A DNA stretch of 35,861 nucleotides from Dimorphilus gyrociliatus. Its lineage: Eukaryota; Animalia; Annelida. Shown in pieces: positions 10,461-19,950 of the stretch; positions within the stretch are counted from its first letter, which is position 1, and the number at the start of each line of letters is the position of its first letter. A program made the position numbers and the translations under genes. Under the pieces are notes generated by a model. That model was not told the origin of the DNA and searched no databases. It saw nothing but the letters and a program-made list of their open reading frames with translations. The stretch covers positions 1 through 35,861 of the forward strand of contig CAJFCJ010000115.1 of NCBI GenBank assembly GCA_904063045.1, read 5' to 3'.

Positions 10461-11658
10461 TCAGCGTTTTTTCTTGCTGTTTAGATATCCTCTTGTTAAT
10501 GGTTGTGTCCTCTTTGTTGCTACTTTCACTTGATTTTTCAATTCTTTTAAATGAATTTCCTCCATAAGTTTTTGTGTTTTAGTTTTAACAGTTAAACTCA
10601 TACCATTTTCTGACAGATTTTCTAAAATTTTCAAAGAATCTGTCTTCTGTAGTAATTTTTTACAGTCTGCATTGGAGATAAGAGTTTTGAGACACTCTAC
10701 AGCTGATTCTTGTTCAAATGAATTTATTGCTTCTTGAAGAATAGCCAACAAAAAGGGAATATATCTTATCATTAGTTGTTTATTTTCATCATTAGCTGCT
10801 AGATGATTGATTGCTATAAGACTGTCACTGAGTGGATATTTGTTTTTATCAAGATGATTTTTAGACTTTAAACAACATTGCAAATTATTTTGGATTTTTG
10901 CAGTATTTATACCATTCATCTTAATCATTTCAATTTCATCTTTTTTGATAAGATATGATAGAATTGTTAAACACCTAGTATCAAAAGATGTTTTCCAAGA
11001 ATCTTTTAAATTTTCCCTTAATTTACAAATTATTTCTTTACTTCCAAAATCACTTATTGAATCTCTTAAATCCAGATTAAATCTTAATACATTATCCAAA
11101 ATTGTTAAATAACCAACTAATATGCCTGAATTGTGAGTCCCATGAATTATATGTTTCATTAGTAAAATTTTTATTTGAAAATCTCCAATTTGTTAATAAA
11201 GCTTTAACATTTAACTCAACAACTCCATCTTCATAATGCTTTCTGCTGAATTCTGCTGAACAGTTTGTTCCATTCCAAACCAAATTTTGAATATCTCTTA
11301 AAGGTGAAAATATATTTTCAATATCACTTGCTAAAATTGTTTTGTGTGCAAAGATATATAACTTTGGTACATCGCCAATAACATTTAAATCAGACATTAT
11401 TATTTTTCTTCTATTGTGGTCAAGTCTATATATCATTATCATTGTGAGAAAAATATCATTTCTATTTTCCGATTTTTCGTCCATCCATTCTTAAATTTCC
11501 ATTCTTTTTGCATCATCCATTTAATCTCTTATCAGCTTTTTTACTACTTCAAGATCCGTATTACAAAATGGACTAAATGACAAATTTGATAATTTGCCTG
11601 AGATATCATATTTAGGTTTTTCACATTCCAAAATGTCAGATAATTTCTTTGATGCCAT
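10461..11658 (-). pseudogene. Armadillo-repeat-like protein (resembles N-terminal part of invertebrate ARM-TIR proteins), disrupted
   Basis: ATG 11658 in frame with ORF 11092..11484 through two TAA; frameshift near 11150 into ORF 10461..11159 with LIAINHLAANDENKQLM and EQESAVECLKTL ARM-like helices; no TIR motif seen, pol relic follows. Confidence 0.45.
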
Positions 11659-12055
11659 TGTTGAGTAGTACTTCTGTTTTGGTAACTAAGTATGGTTTCT
11701 AGGATACCAATAAGACACCCTCCATGTTTACACCAGTTTTAACACTTTTACTGACAGTTACAAAGGAAAAGGTATTAATTAGTCGGAAACAATAAATATT
11801 AAGAAAAGCTATTGATTATTGCCATATTTGATATTTAAAAGGGTGGATTTACCTAACAACTGGTAGAAATTTTAAAACAATTATAACTTGGAAAAATTTT
11901 TAAAAGTCCAAAATAGTAAATTATATTTGTCCTTGAATGATATTCAAATTCAATATCAACTTGCCATATATCCACTATTTTTAAATATTGAAAGATATTT
12001 CAACATTTCCAACAAGAGAATATAAAGAATTAATTGTCTAAATGGTGAATTTAGT

Positions 12056-12547
12056 CTGTATTTTCCTGATGGGGTTGTAGGTAAGTACTGGTCCAAATAG
12101 AACTGAATCAGAAGTAAGCCACTTAGAAGAGAGATGTAGAATTGAGGGAGGATGAATATAGAACCAAAACGTAAGAATAATATAACTGTATTCTAAAGTA
12201 ATACTAGACCTGTTCACTAAGGGAGTTGATTCAGAACTGAATGCCTCTTACTACCTACGCCCTGCTTTTATACAATTCCTTATCAGTTGTTTATGCCTTA
12301 GCTGTCAACAACAAGGGTCTAACACCAGATAAAGATTGTTCACAACAAACATTGTGTAAGGGTTATCAAATTATGTAATAGTGATGTAAACAACAACAAC
12401 TTTGTGTAGGTAAACCCTCAAGGGTCAATCACTACATCATATTTATGTAAATAAACACTTGTTGTTGTCAACATGTTTGGTTATGTAACATCTTATTCTT
12501 TGCATAGAAATGGGGTTGGTTCTGACAGTTCGGTGCCATCTACCCCA
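12056..12547 (-). repeat. LTR-like dispersed repeat family C, copy 1
   Basis: Colinear homology with 28581-29148; TGTA/TGTAG start on +; on minus strand TATAAAA followed ~25 bp later by TTCAGT (Inr-like); right end abuts MITE A2. Confidence 0.65.
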
Positions 12548-12549
12548 GA

Positions 12550-12756
12550 GGGATGCGACAGAAAACATCCACAAATGAGTGCTTTTACCCTAACCCTAAT
12601 CCAGCCCTTGACTGTAACTAACCTTTTGCATTACCCCTAACCCTTAGAGGAGACCCTCTTAAGTAGAAATCACTTGCTGTCTTCTTCTTCCTAACCATTT
12701 CTCAATACAAATTTTTGTCTTGAAATTTCTCATTTGTGGACATTTTCTGTCGACAC
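12550..12756. mobile_element. MITE family A, copy 2
   Basis: Left GGGATGCGACAGAAAACATCCACAAATGAG, right CTCATTTGTGGACATTTTCTGTCG (inverted, 2 mismatches over 23 bp); internal TAACCCTAA motifs shared with copies 1 and 3. Confidence 0.7.
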
Positions 12757-13399
12757 TGTTTATAAGTGTACATAGTCATTGATTTAAAAGAAAGTGGTTT
12801 ATGACAATTTGAGAAAAACTATGTTTGCAGTTAATGATAACTAAAAAAAGAGAAAATTACACTTATATTGGAAATATAATTAAAAATCATCATAAAAAGT
12901 GTTCCAGCCACCTCAGACAGGAACTTAACATAAAGATAAATAGATAAAAAAGAAGACAAATCAACTTGATGAATGAATCAAAGCCATTATTTTACTAGAA
13001 AAACTACTGTAAACTGGATAATTGGAGCAAGATGGATGATCTTACTGGACATGAAAAGATGTTCCATCTCTTAAACCTTCAATATATGAATTATATATTT
13101 GACAATTTTAATGTCAGATAAGCCTACTCTTTCATAATAATATGAATAAAAAATTTCTAGATAATAATTCAAATATCAAAAGTAATTGTAATAAATATAA
13201 AAATACTTCTTGAGTAAATCATCTATTCATCTCATTGACTAATCTGTATTGGCATTTTCATTTAATCCATCCTTTATAAAGAATACATAGATTTTTTCAC
13301 ATTTGCACTAACAATAGCTATTACATTTTCTTTTTGCAGATTCAGGTGATTTTATAGAGCTTCCTTTGCCCAAAAGAAATATTCTTGAAAAAAACAACA

Positions 13400-14036
13400 A
13401 TATAATATCTATTCAACCATTCTTGCATAAAATTTGGATTTTACAATCATCTAATGATTTTCCTGTGCCATTGCAGTTGATTGTTAAAAAAACAAATGAT
13501 TTTGGATTAGTTTCTTTGAATGGCAATATTGTTCCACTTTGAAAACCAAAATATTTACAAGCCAATTGAACAGTTCTAAAGTTAAAATATAGATTTGATA
13601 TTGGAAATGATAGATTTTTTAAAATAGCATTTAGTCTTCCAGTAAATGATGTTAATTTTAAATTTGAATGAATATATTTAAAAATTGTTTCATTTTTTCC
13701 AATTAAACTAAATTGAATTTTTAATTTATTTGCAGTTTAATTCTTGAGCATTACGTAATGATGACAATTTATTGCAAAAATTTTAGTGTCATAATAGCTA
13801 TATTTTCTTTTGAATTTTTGACAATCACTCCATTCCTGACTGTTATTTGAGCATCTGTAAACATTTGTTTCATATTCTGTGTAGAAAATATCCCAATATC
13901 TAAAACTTTGAAAAACAAATGCATCAATTCCAGTCATCTTCCATTCAAACATCGTTTGAAAACTGTTACAGATTGATTTAAATGTTTGAATTTTATCGTC
14001 CAATGAATGAAATTCAAATAGTAATGGAATAAATAT
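13400..14036 (-). pseudogene. Divergent SRCR (scavenger receptor cysteine-rich)-like exons
   Basis: 13400-13710: FTGRLNA...FRTVQLACKYFGFQSG...FLTINCNGTGKSLDDC (SRCR GR...AC..GF...C.G...L.DC pattern), then TGA; 13740-14036: KSICNSF...YRCSNNSQEWSDC resembles a second domain. Exon structure uncertain. Confidence 0.4.
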
Positions 14037-14043
14037 ATTTTGA

Positions 14044-14137
14044 GGGGTCGGGAAAAAACGTCCTTGGGAAAAAACGTCCCTGGGAAAAAACGTCCCAGGG
14101 CAGGAAAAAACGTCCTAATTGTTGGGAAAAAACGTCC
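14044..14137 (+). repeat. Orphan MULE-type left end: GGGGTCG plus 5 copies of GGAAAAAACGTCC
   Basis: Five exact 13-bp copies with 3-9 bp linkers; shares GTCCCTGGGAAAA with the reverse complement of 27780-27822. Confidence 0.65.
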
Positions 14138-14911
14138 TATGCCTGGCTAAAGATATACTTGGCATAATTATTTATACTTATACTGATTAACTGGCTAGCC
14201 TTGTTGAATGCTCTGGACTCTTCACCTTCCACATCAATTTTTATAGCAGCACTTTGAAATGGTATTATTTCAATCAAATCAACCATAACTATTGTGTTCA
14301 TTTTCAACATAGGCCTAGCAGATTTTTCAAATTCAACTGCAAGTTTATTCTCACCAACATGTGCCTTATTTTGATAAAAAAATTTTGTTCCTCTACTTTC
14401 AGTGATAGGATTGGTGATGAGTGTTACATAACCAGTTAAGCCATTTATCTGAAGGGACTTTTGAAATCTTTTAATTACTGGAGGGAATGGTTCAACAGCC
14501 ACAACATTTCTTTGATATAATTTAGAGACAAATATAGTATATGGGCCCAAGTTGGCACCAATATCAATAAACCCAGCATCAGGATGATTTTTAAGCAACT
14601 TTGATAAAATATCAAAACTTTCTTTGTCATAGATATGTCTTTTATTTTTTCTTAATAATGTTGAAATAATTGACTCATTGTGGAGACACATTTTAGGCTA
14701 AAATGTTCACCTGAACAAGTGGTAGACATTGATATACTTCTGTATTTTGACTAGTCAAGTCAAAAACATTTACTTTAAATTTACTGACCAATTCCAATTT
14801 CACAATGTGTTTTACATAGGCAGTTTTTGGTGGAAATGTAACAATTGCCAAAATAAATAAAAAAATTGCACCAATAAGCAACTTCCATTTTGATTTAAGT
14901 TTTAATGCCAT
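14137..14911 (-). pseudogene. FkbM-family SAM-dependent methyltransferase with N-terminal membrane anchor; frameshifted near 14695 and probably 3'-truncated
   Basis: FIDIGANLGPYT (motif I), VVAVEP, AIKIDVEGEE; upstream ORF 14693..14911 gives MALKLKSKWKLLIGAIFLFILAIVTF anchor, one base out of frame; C-terminus runs into the repeat at 14044-14137. Confidence 0.75.
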
Positions 14912-15449
14912 TTTATTAAATCACAAATCCCAGAAGTAAACTAATTCAAACAGTTGCACTAAGTTGGAATGCTTAAGGTATAAATTCGAAATTGTAACTT
15001 CACTAGGGGGCTCTTAAATTTATTCTAGAAAGGCAGTTACATTTATTATAAAAACCATGTACTGACAGACCACTACTGTATTGCAAACACACAAGCATAT
15101 GTTCTGAGCAACAACAACTAACAAATTCAAATGGTTATAGCAAAATCTACTTCTAATAAAAGTTCAGTTATTCCCTTTAGCATAAAAAAAAGGCTTCTTT
15201 ATAGGACTATATATATATATAGTCTGATCACACTGCTGATACAATTTTATAATATGCAGTCATTACTTTGCAATTCTTAAACTGTCTAGTTCATTCATGT
15301 TTATTTTTATTAAGAGAATGTTAGAAAGTCTATCATTTGGACTGATTAATTTAATGATATATATTTGACCAACTATTACTGTCTATGCATACCAATTCAC
15401 TATAATCATTATTTTTAAAAGAGTGTATGTACAGCTTAATGTGATCTGA

Positions 15450-15720
15450 TTTATTATTATTGTGTTTCCTTTTCAATCACTTCATCCTAACTGTGATTAC
15501 TTTCAGTATCATCATTATTGATATCACTGCCACTATAATCACTTTCAGAATTATTGTCACTGGCGGTGTCATTACTTTCAATATTAATATCATTACCAGT
15601 ACCATACCTTTCATAATTGGTTTCACTACCAGAATTTTCACTTGCATCATCAGATATATGCTCATTTTAAAAATTCTTCTAAATTGCTTTCTTGATCTTC
15701 ACTTTTCTTAATAGAAGAGT
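15450..15720 (-). other. Acidic Ser/Asp/Asn-rich low-complexity coding relic
   Basis: Frame not in ORF track reads NEHISDDASENSGSETNY...SDNNSESDYSGSDINNDDTESNHS*DEVIEKETQ*; could be a transposase N-terminal tail; no diagnostic domain. Confidence 0.3.
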
Positions 15721-16104
15721 TTATGCTGTTTTCGAAATTTAAAGGACACTTGACCCCTTAACAGTTGACACCTAGGAATATTAATAGCTGAACACTCAGG
15801 TCAATCATCCAATTATTGAATTTTCTGTCTTTAACCCCAATGCTTATACATAAGGAAAAAAACAGATATATTTTTCATATTAGTTCATACTTCTGCCCTT
15901 AATTTCCACAGTGGCACATAAAATAATCAATTGAAACTAGCTTCAAAGGATAATAGAGAAAACAAGAGCTCATTCTTTTTAGAAATTTTGCGTTATACAT
16001 ACAAATACTTTTTTAGTATTGAATAGTTGTTGAAAAGGGCTAGAAAAGCTTAAAATCAGTAAACTGTTGGTATTAGGATTATATAGTATTCCAAAAAATA
16101 TATA

Positions 16105-17757
16105 TAGTGGTGGACTAAAAAACCCGGACACTGTAAATTTTGATAGGCCAATTTTTAAATCACCCCAAAAATATGTTTTTTAGTTTCAAATTACTTTTTT
16201 TAGGCAATTTACATTGATAAAGGGTTATATTTATGTAATATTGAAAAAAAATGACAAAATTATCATATTTGTGAATATTAATAGGAAAAAATTTTTACTA
16301 ATTTTAATTAATTTTTTCTTTACTTGGCCATGAGATGTTATTAACAGCACATCCTTTTTTTTCAGGTTTTGGATTCAAATTAACATCCCAAACAGAATTT
16401 TTTTTTGACCAAACTAATTTTCAAAGTTAAGTAATCACTTTTGATCTATTTTAATTACTGTAGTTAACTATAAATTATATTTACTTAATTATGGCATGGG
16501 GTAAAGAGGTTAGGAATCTAGTATTTAAGAAATATGAAGAATTGGGAAAAATTAGGGCAACTGCAAGGGCTTTGGGAATGGCACCATCTACCATTAGTGA
16601 CATTTTGAGATATCAGCCACCACAACAAGAGAACAGGGGTCGTACAAAGAAGCTAACAGAAAGAGACATAGTGAGGATAAAAAGAATAGTAAAGAGACTT
16701 AAGAGAAATAAGGAAAGGGTTACAGCAGGAAAGGTCTTAGCAGAATTAGAGGTTGATGTGAGTCTCAAGACCATTCAGAGAGAGCTGAAGAGGCAAAATT
16801 ATAATTATAAAAGGATTAGACAGAGAGTTGATCTCACACCTAAGGATTGAGCAAGAAGAAAAGAATACTGCCTCAAAACAATTGTGGAAAATCTGGACTG
16901 GTCAAGAGTGATTTTCACAGACAAGACCAGATTCTCTCTGAGTGGGCCTGATGATTTCAGGACATGGACAAAAGATGGTGGAAAAAAATTTTAGAGTCAC
17001 TAAAAATATGAGAAGAGTGATGATGTGGGGATTAATAACCTCAGATGGGGTATTTGAAGTTTGGAGGATAAGTCAAAAATTGACTGCCCAAAATTATAGC
17101 TGTTTTGTTGTGGAAGATGTTCTTCCTGTCATTGAAGAGATATCACTCAAAATGGGCAGGAATTACATCTTCCAACAAGACAATGCAGGCTGCCACAAAG
17201 CAAGAGCAACTAAGAGGGCCTTTAGAATGAATGGTATCAATCCAATTGATTGGCCAGCAAAGAGCCCTGACCTGAGCCCTATAGAAAATATGTGGCACCT
17301 GACAAAAAATTTAGTTTACGATTGGGCACAATTTCAATCTGGGGATGAACTGTGGGAGAAAATAAAAAAATGTTCATACCAGGTTATAAGTCAAAATCCT
17401 GACTGGCTACCAAATTTATATGCATAGATGGGAGGTAGGATTAGCATATGTATTGCAAATGAGGGTTGTCATATTCAAAAATAATAAAAATATTAATCCC
17501 CAAACCATCGTCTGAGTAATAATGTCTCATGGCCAAATAACAAAAAAATCATCAAAAAATGGATAATAAGAAAACAAAAACACTTATGTGAAAACTTATT
17601 TCCATGATATTTAAAAGAAACTCATGTATATATCAAACCTTATACTACTATTTTATACCTGAAAAATAAAAAAAGAAATCTTTTTTGCTGGTGAAAAAGA
17701 TTTATAATGTTTGGCCTATCGAAATTTATGGTGTCTGGGTTTTTTTGTTGACCACTA
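16105..17757 (+). mobile_element. Tc1-family DNA transposon, full length but inactive
   Basis: ~46-bp TIRs TAGTGGTGGACTAAAAAACCCGGACAC...GATAGGCCA / TGGCCTATC...GTGTCTGGGTTTTTTTGTTGACCACTA, TA on both sides. Confidence 0.88.
16491..17484 (+). pseudogene. Tc1 DD34E transposase, inactivated
   Basis: HTH N-terminus with GR.KKL linker; VIFTDK (E lost), FQQDNAGCH, WPAKSPDLSPIEN with 34 residues between D and E; TGA 16848, frameshift in A-run ~16985, TAG 17425; ends TAA 17484. Confidence 0.9.
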
Positions 17758-17909
17758 TATAATCCTAATACTAAAAAAGTATTTATATCTATAATACAAA
17801 ATTTAAATTATCAATAAGCTTTCTTCCTCACTATTAACCTTTGAAGCTGGTTTTAATTGATTATTTTATGAGCCACTGTGGATATTAAGGGAAGAAATAT
17901 TTTTTATTT

Positions 17910-18106
17910 GGATGTGTTAGAAAATGGCCATAAATCTATTGTTTTACCCTAACTCTAACCTTTTGCGTAACCTTTTTCAATAGTCCTAACCTTTAGATGG
18001 GACCCACCTAAGTACATATCAATACTTTTCTTACTCCTCCTAACCATTTCCCAGCCTGAAATCTAAACTTTAAATATTTTATTTATGACCATTTTTGACT
18101 GGTCCC
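17910..18106. mobile_element. MITE family A, copy 3
   Basis: Ends GGATGTGTTAGAAAATGGCCATAAAT / ATTTATGACCATTTTTGACTGGTCCC; 9-bp direct repeat TTTTTATTT on both sides; internal match to copies 1 and 2. Confidence 0.7.
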
Positions 18107-18146
18107 TTTTTATTTCTCCTTTCGATTTCTAATGTATGAATTTTTA

Positions 18147-18582
18147 TTGCAAGTCACATGACAGAGTTATAGCAATTTTATTTGTTTTTTATTTATTTCA
18201 CAAAAAGCTTTTGTTTATCTATAGAATTCTTCAGTTTCTCATAAAAAAATCAATAAAACAAAAGAGGAACTAAACTACCAAGCCTTTTTTTACAAGTCAC
18301 ATCTATTCCCACATTTACTTGATAAATATCTCCATAAATATTTTTATCATTTAATTCCTATTTTGTCTTTTATTAGAGATTGTGATATCAATATAAAAGG
18401 TTAATAGAGATGACAAAAGCTTAGTGATTTTTGTAAACAATTTCTTTATCAATAATTGATTTTTGAAAATTTATTGAAACAACTAATAGAATTGAATTTC
18501 CTGTACTAAATGTTTGTATAACATGAAAAAAACAGGAGAGGAAATAAATAGAGTTGCTGTTACTCTTTCATGTGACTGGCAA
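18147..18582. mobile_element. MITE family B (TA-flanked)
   Basis: TTGCAAGTCACATGACAGAGTTATAGCAA / TTGCTGTTACTCTTTCATGTGACTGGCAA inverted (25/29), TA outside both ends, AT-rich non-coding interior. Confidence 0.55.
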
Positions 18583-18698
18583 TATTTTATAGCAACTTTA
18601 TAGCAACATGATTTTTATCATAAATTAAAAATCCAAAGTAGTATATATATGTTTTAGTATATAATCTTAATGCTAAAAACAACTACACATTTCGGCAA

Positions 18699-19047
18699 CT
18701 GTAAAGTGATGATTGGATGTCAGAGGCAAAACTCAAAGTATATAAATCCTCAATGCTCTCATTCTGCATGCAGCTTCCATCTGGACCCAAGGACCTGGGA
18801 AAATCATCTGGAAACAACCTCCACTGGAACCATCCATTTACTCCTCAACATTAGAAGACAGTTTGGTAATTTGGCAACCTACTTTTACGAACTATCTACT
18901 CTGCCATCAAACTCTCATATTGTTACTTGCTTAAGTATTATTATTGTGAATAAACCATTTTAATTTAAACATTTGTTTAAAGGTTTGAGTAGAACGAGTA
19001 TTGTTATAACTTGCAAACGCATAGATTTTGCCAGCAAGAGCAGTACA
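18699..19047 (+). repeat. 5' LTR (only its 3' 349 bp recognisable)
   Basis: Aligns with 26687-27018; TATATAAA 18739-18746, AATAAA 18949-18954, ends GCAGTACA just before the PBS. Confidence 0.8.
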
Positions 19048-19051
19048 AATT

Positions 19052-19069
19052 TGGTGCAGTCGACAGGAT
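19052..19069 (+). promoter_or_regulatory. Primer binding site, tRNA-Ser-like
   Basis: TGGTGCAGTCGACAGGAT 5 nt after the LTR; resembles the complement of animal tRNA-Ser 3' ends (TGGCGCAGTCGGTAGGAT type, from memory). Confidence 0.7.
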
Positions 19070-19107
19070 AATATTTTGGTTTATTCAAAAGTTTTGAGAA
19101 AGTAAAT

Positions 19108-19950
19108 ATGGCAGAAGGAGGAAATGGAAATGCCACTGGGGCAGTTACAGACTCTAACCCTTCAACCCCAGCAACTCCAACAATTACAATTCAGCCAGCA
19201 GGAATGTCAGAAAGACAACAAAGACTAATTGAAGACTATGATAGACTGGTGAGTGAAATGAAAAGAAATCGAATCACAATTCGAACAGATCATGGAGATG
19301 GAACACATCACCCAGCACAGAACCCAAATGTTGATATCACAACAGTAATTCAAGCATTAAGGGCTGCTTGGGAACTATTCCTGAAGTTGTATGATGGAAG
19401 CAAGGAGTGTTCAAAATTCAAGGAAGACTTTAATCAGGCATGTTATGCTTATGGTTGGATAGGTGAAGATGTTGTGAAAGCAAATCTTTTAGATTATTTA
19501 ACTGGTCCTGCAAAGGATTTGGTGTTGGCTCTGGATGGAGAGCCTACTGTGGAGGAAATATGGAAAGCCCTCCATGATGAATTTGATCTGGATCCTTTGG
19601 AGTATCAAGAGAAATTGCTTAACTTAAAGCAAATGAATGGCGAAAGTGTGGTTCAGTTTGTTAATAGAGCAAAGAAATTGATAAAGAGGTTTTCTCCACC
19701 TAGACCAATGGAACCACAATTGCTTGCAACTATGAAAGAAATAAAACTGATGGAAGTTTTACAAGGAGGATTACAACAGGATATTCTACATTTAGTGTAC
19801 ACCTTACATCCTAAATGTCAAACATTGGCAGAACTATATGAGGCTGCTAAGCAAGCAGAAACTTCATTAAAACTAACTCAAAGAAAACCAATCACAATGG
19901 TGTCAAAATTGGAAACTCAACAAGAAAAGAGACCAAAAAGACCCAGGTAA
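19108..19950 (+). CDS. gag: Gag (capsid-like)
   Basis: 280-aa ORF after PBS with retrotransposon-gag pattern LYDGSKECSKFKEDF...GW...NLLDYLTGPAK; no CCHC knuckle; the -1 frame leading into pol is open from 19851. Confidence 0.8.
   Translation: MAEGGNGNATGAVTDSNPSTPATPTITIQPAGMSERQQRLIEDYDRLVSEMKRNRITIRTDHGDGTHHPAQNPNVDITTVIQALRAAWELFLKLYDGSKECSKFKEDFNQACYAYGWIGEDVVKANLLDYLTGPAKDLVLALDGEPTVEEIWKALHDEFDLDPLEYQEKLLNLKQMNGESVVQFVNRAKKLIKRFSPPRPMEPQLLATMKEIKLMEVLQGGLQQDILHLVYTLHPKCQTLAELYEAAKQAETSLKLTQRKPITMVSKLETQQEKRPKRPR

Larger units (their letters stand above)
15891..17896. repeat. Outer inverted repeat flanking the Tc1 (arms 15891-16020 plus 16071-16086, and 17755-17896)
   Basis: Reverse complement of 15891-16020 aligns colinearly with 17767-17896; TATTAGGATTATATAG (16071) matches CTATATAATCCTAATA (17755). 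Confidence 0.75.

Noticed and set aside
11480-11560. TAA read as Gln (ciliate-type code), suggested by two in-frame TAA in the ARM-like gene
   Set aside because: The 1852-aa and 1051-codon frames contain no internal TAA/TAG, which would be expected under reassignment; these are ordinary nonsense mutations.
15460-15711. Ile/Thr-rich (+) and Val/Ile/Met-rich (-) ORFs resembling membrane proteins
   Set aside because: Alternative readings of a low-complexity GAT/AGT/AAT-rich tract; the acidic frame explains the composition better.
15740-15840. piggyBac or Kolobok ends (TTAAAGGACAC, TTAACCCC)
   Set aside because: No matching partner end or transposase found; too short to support.
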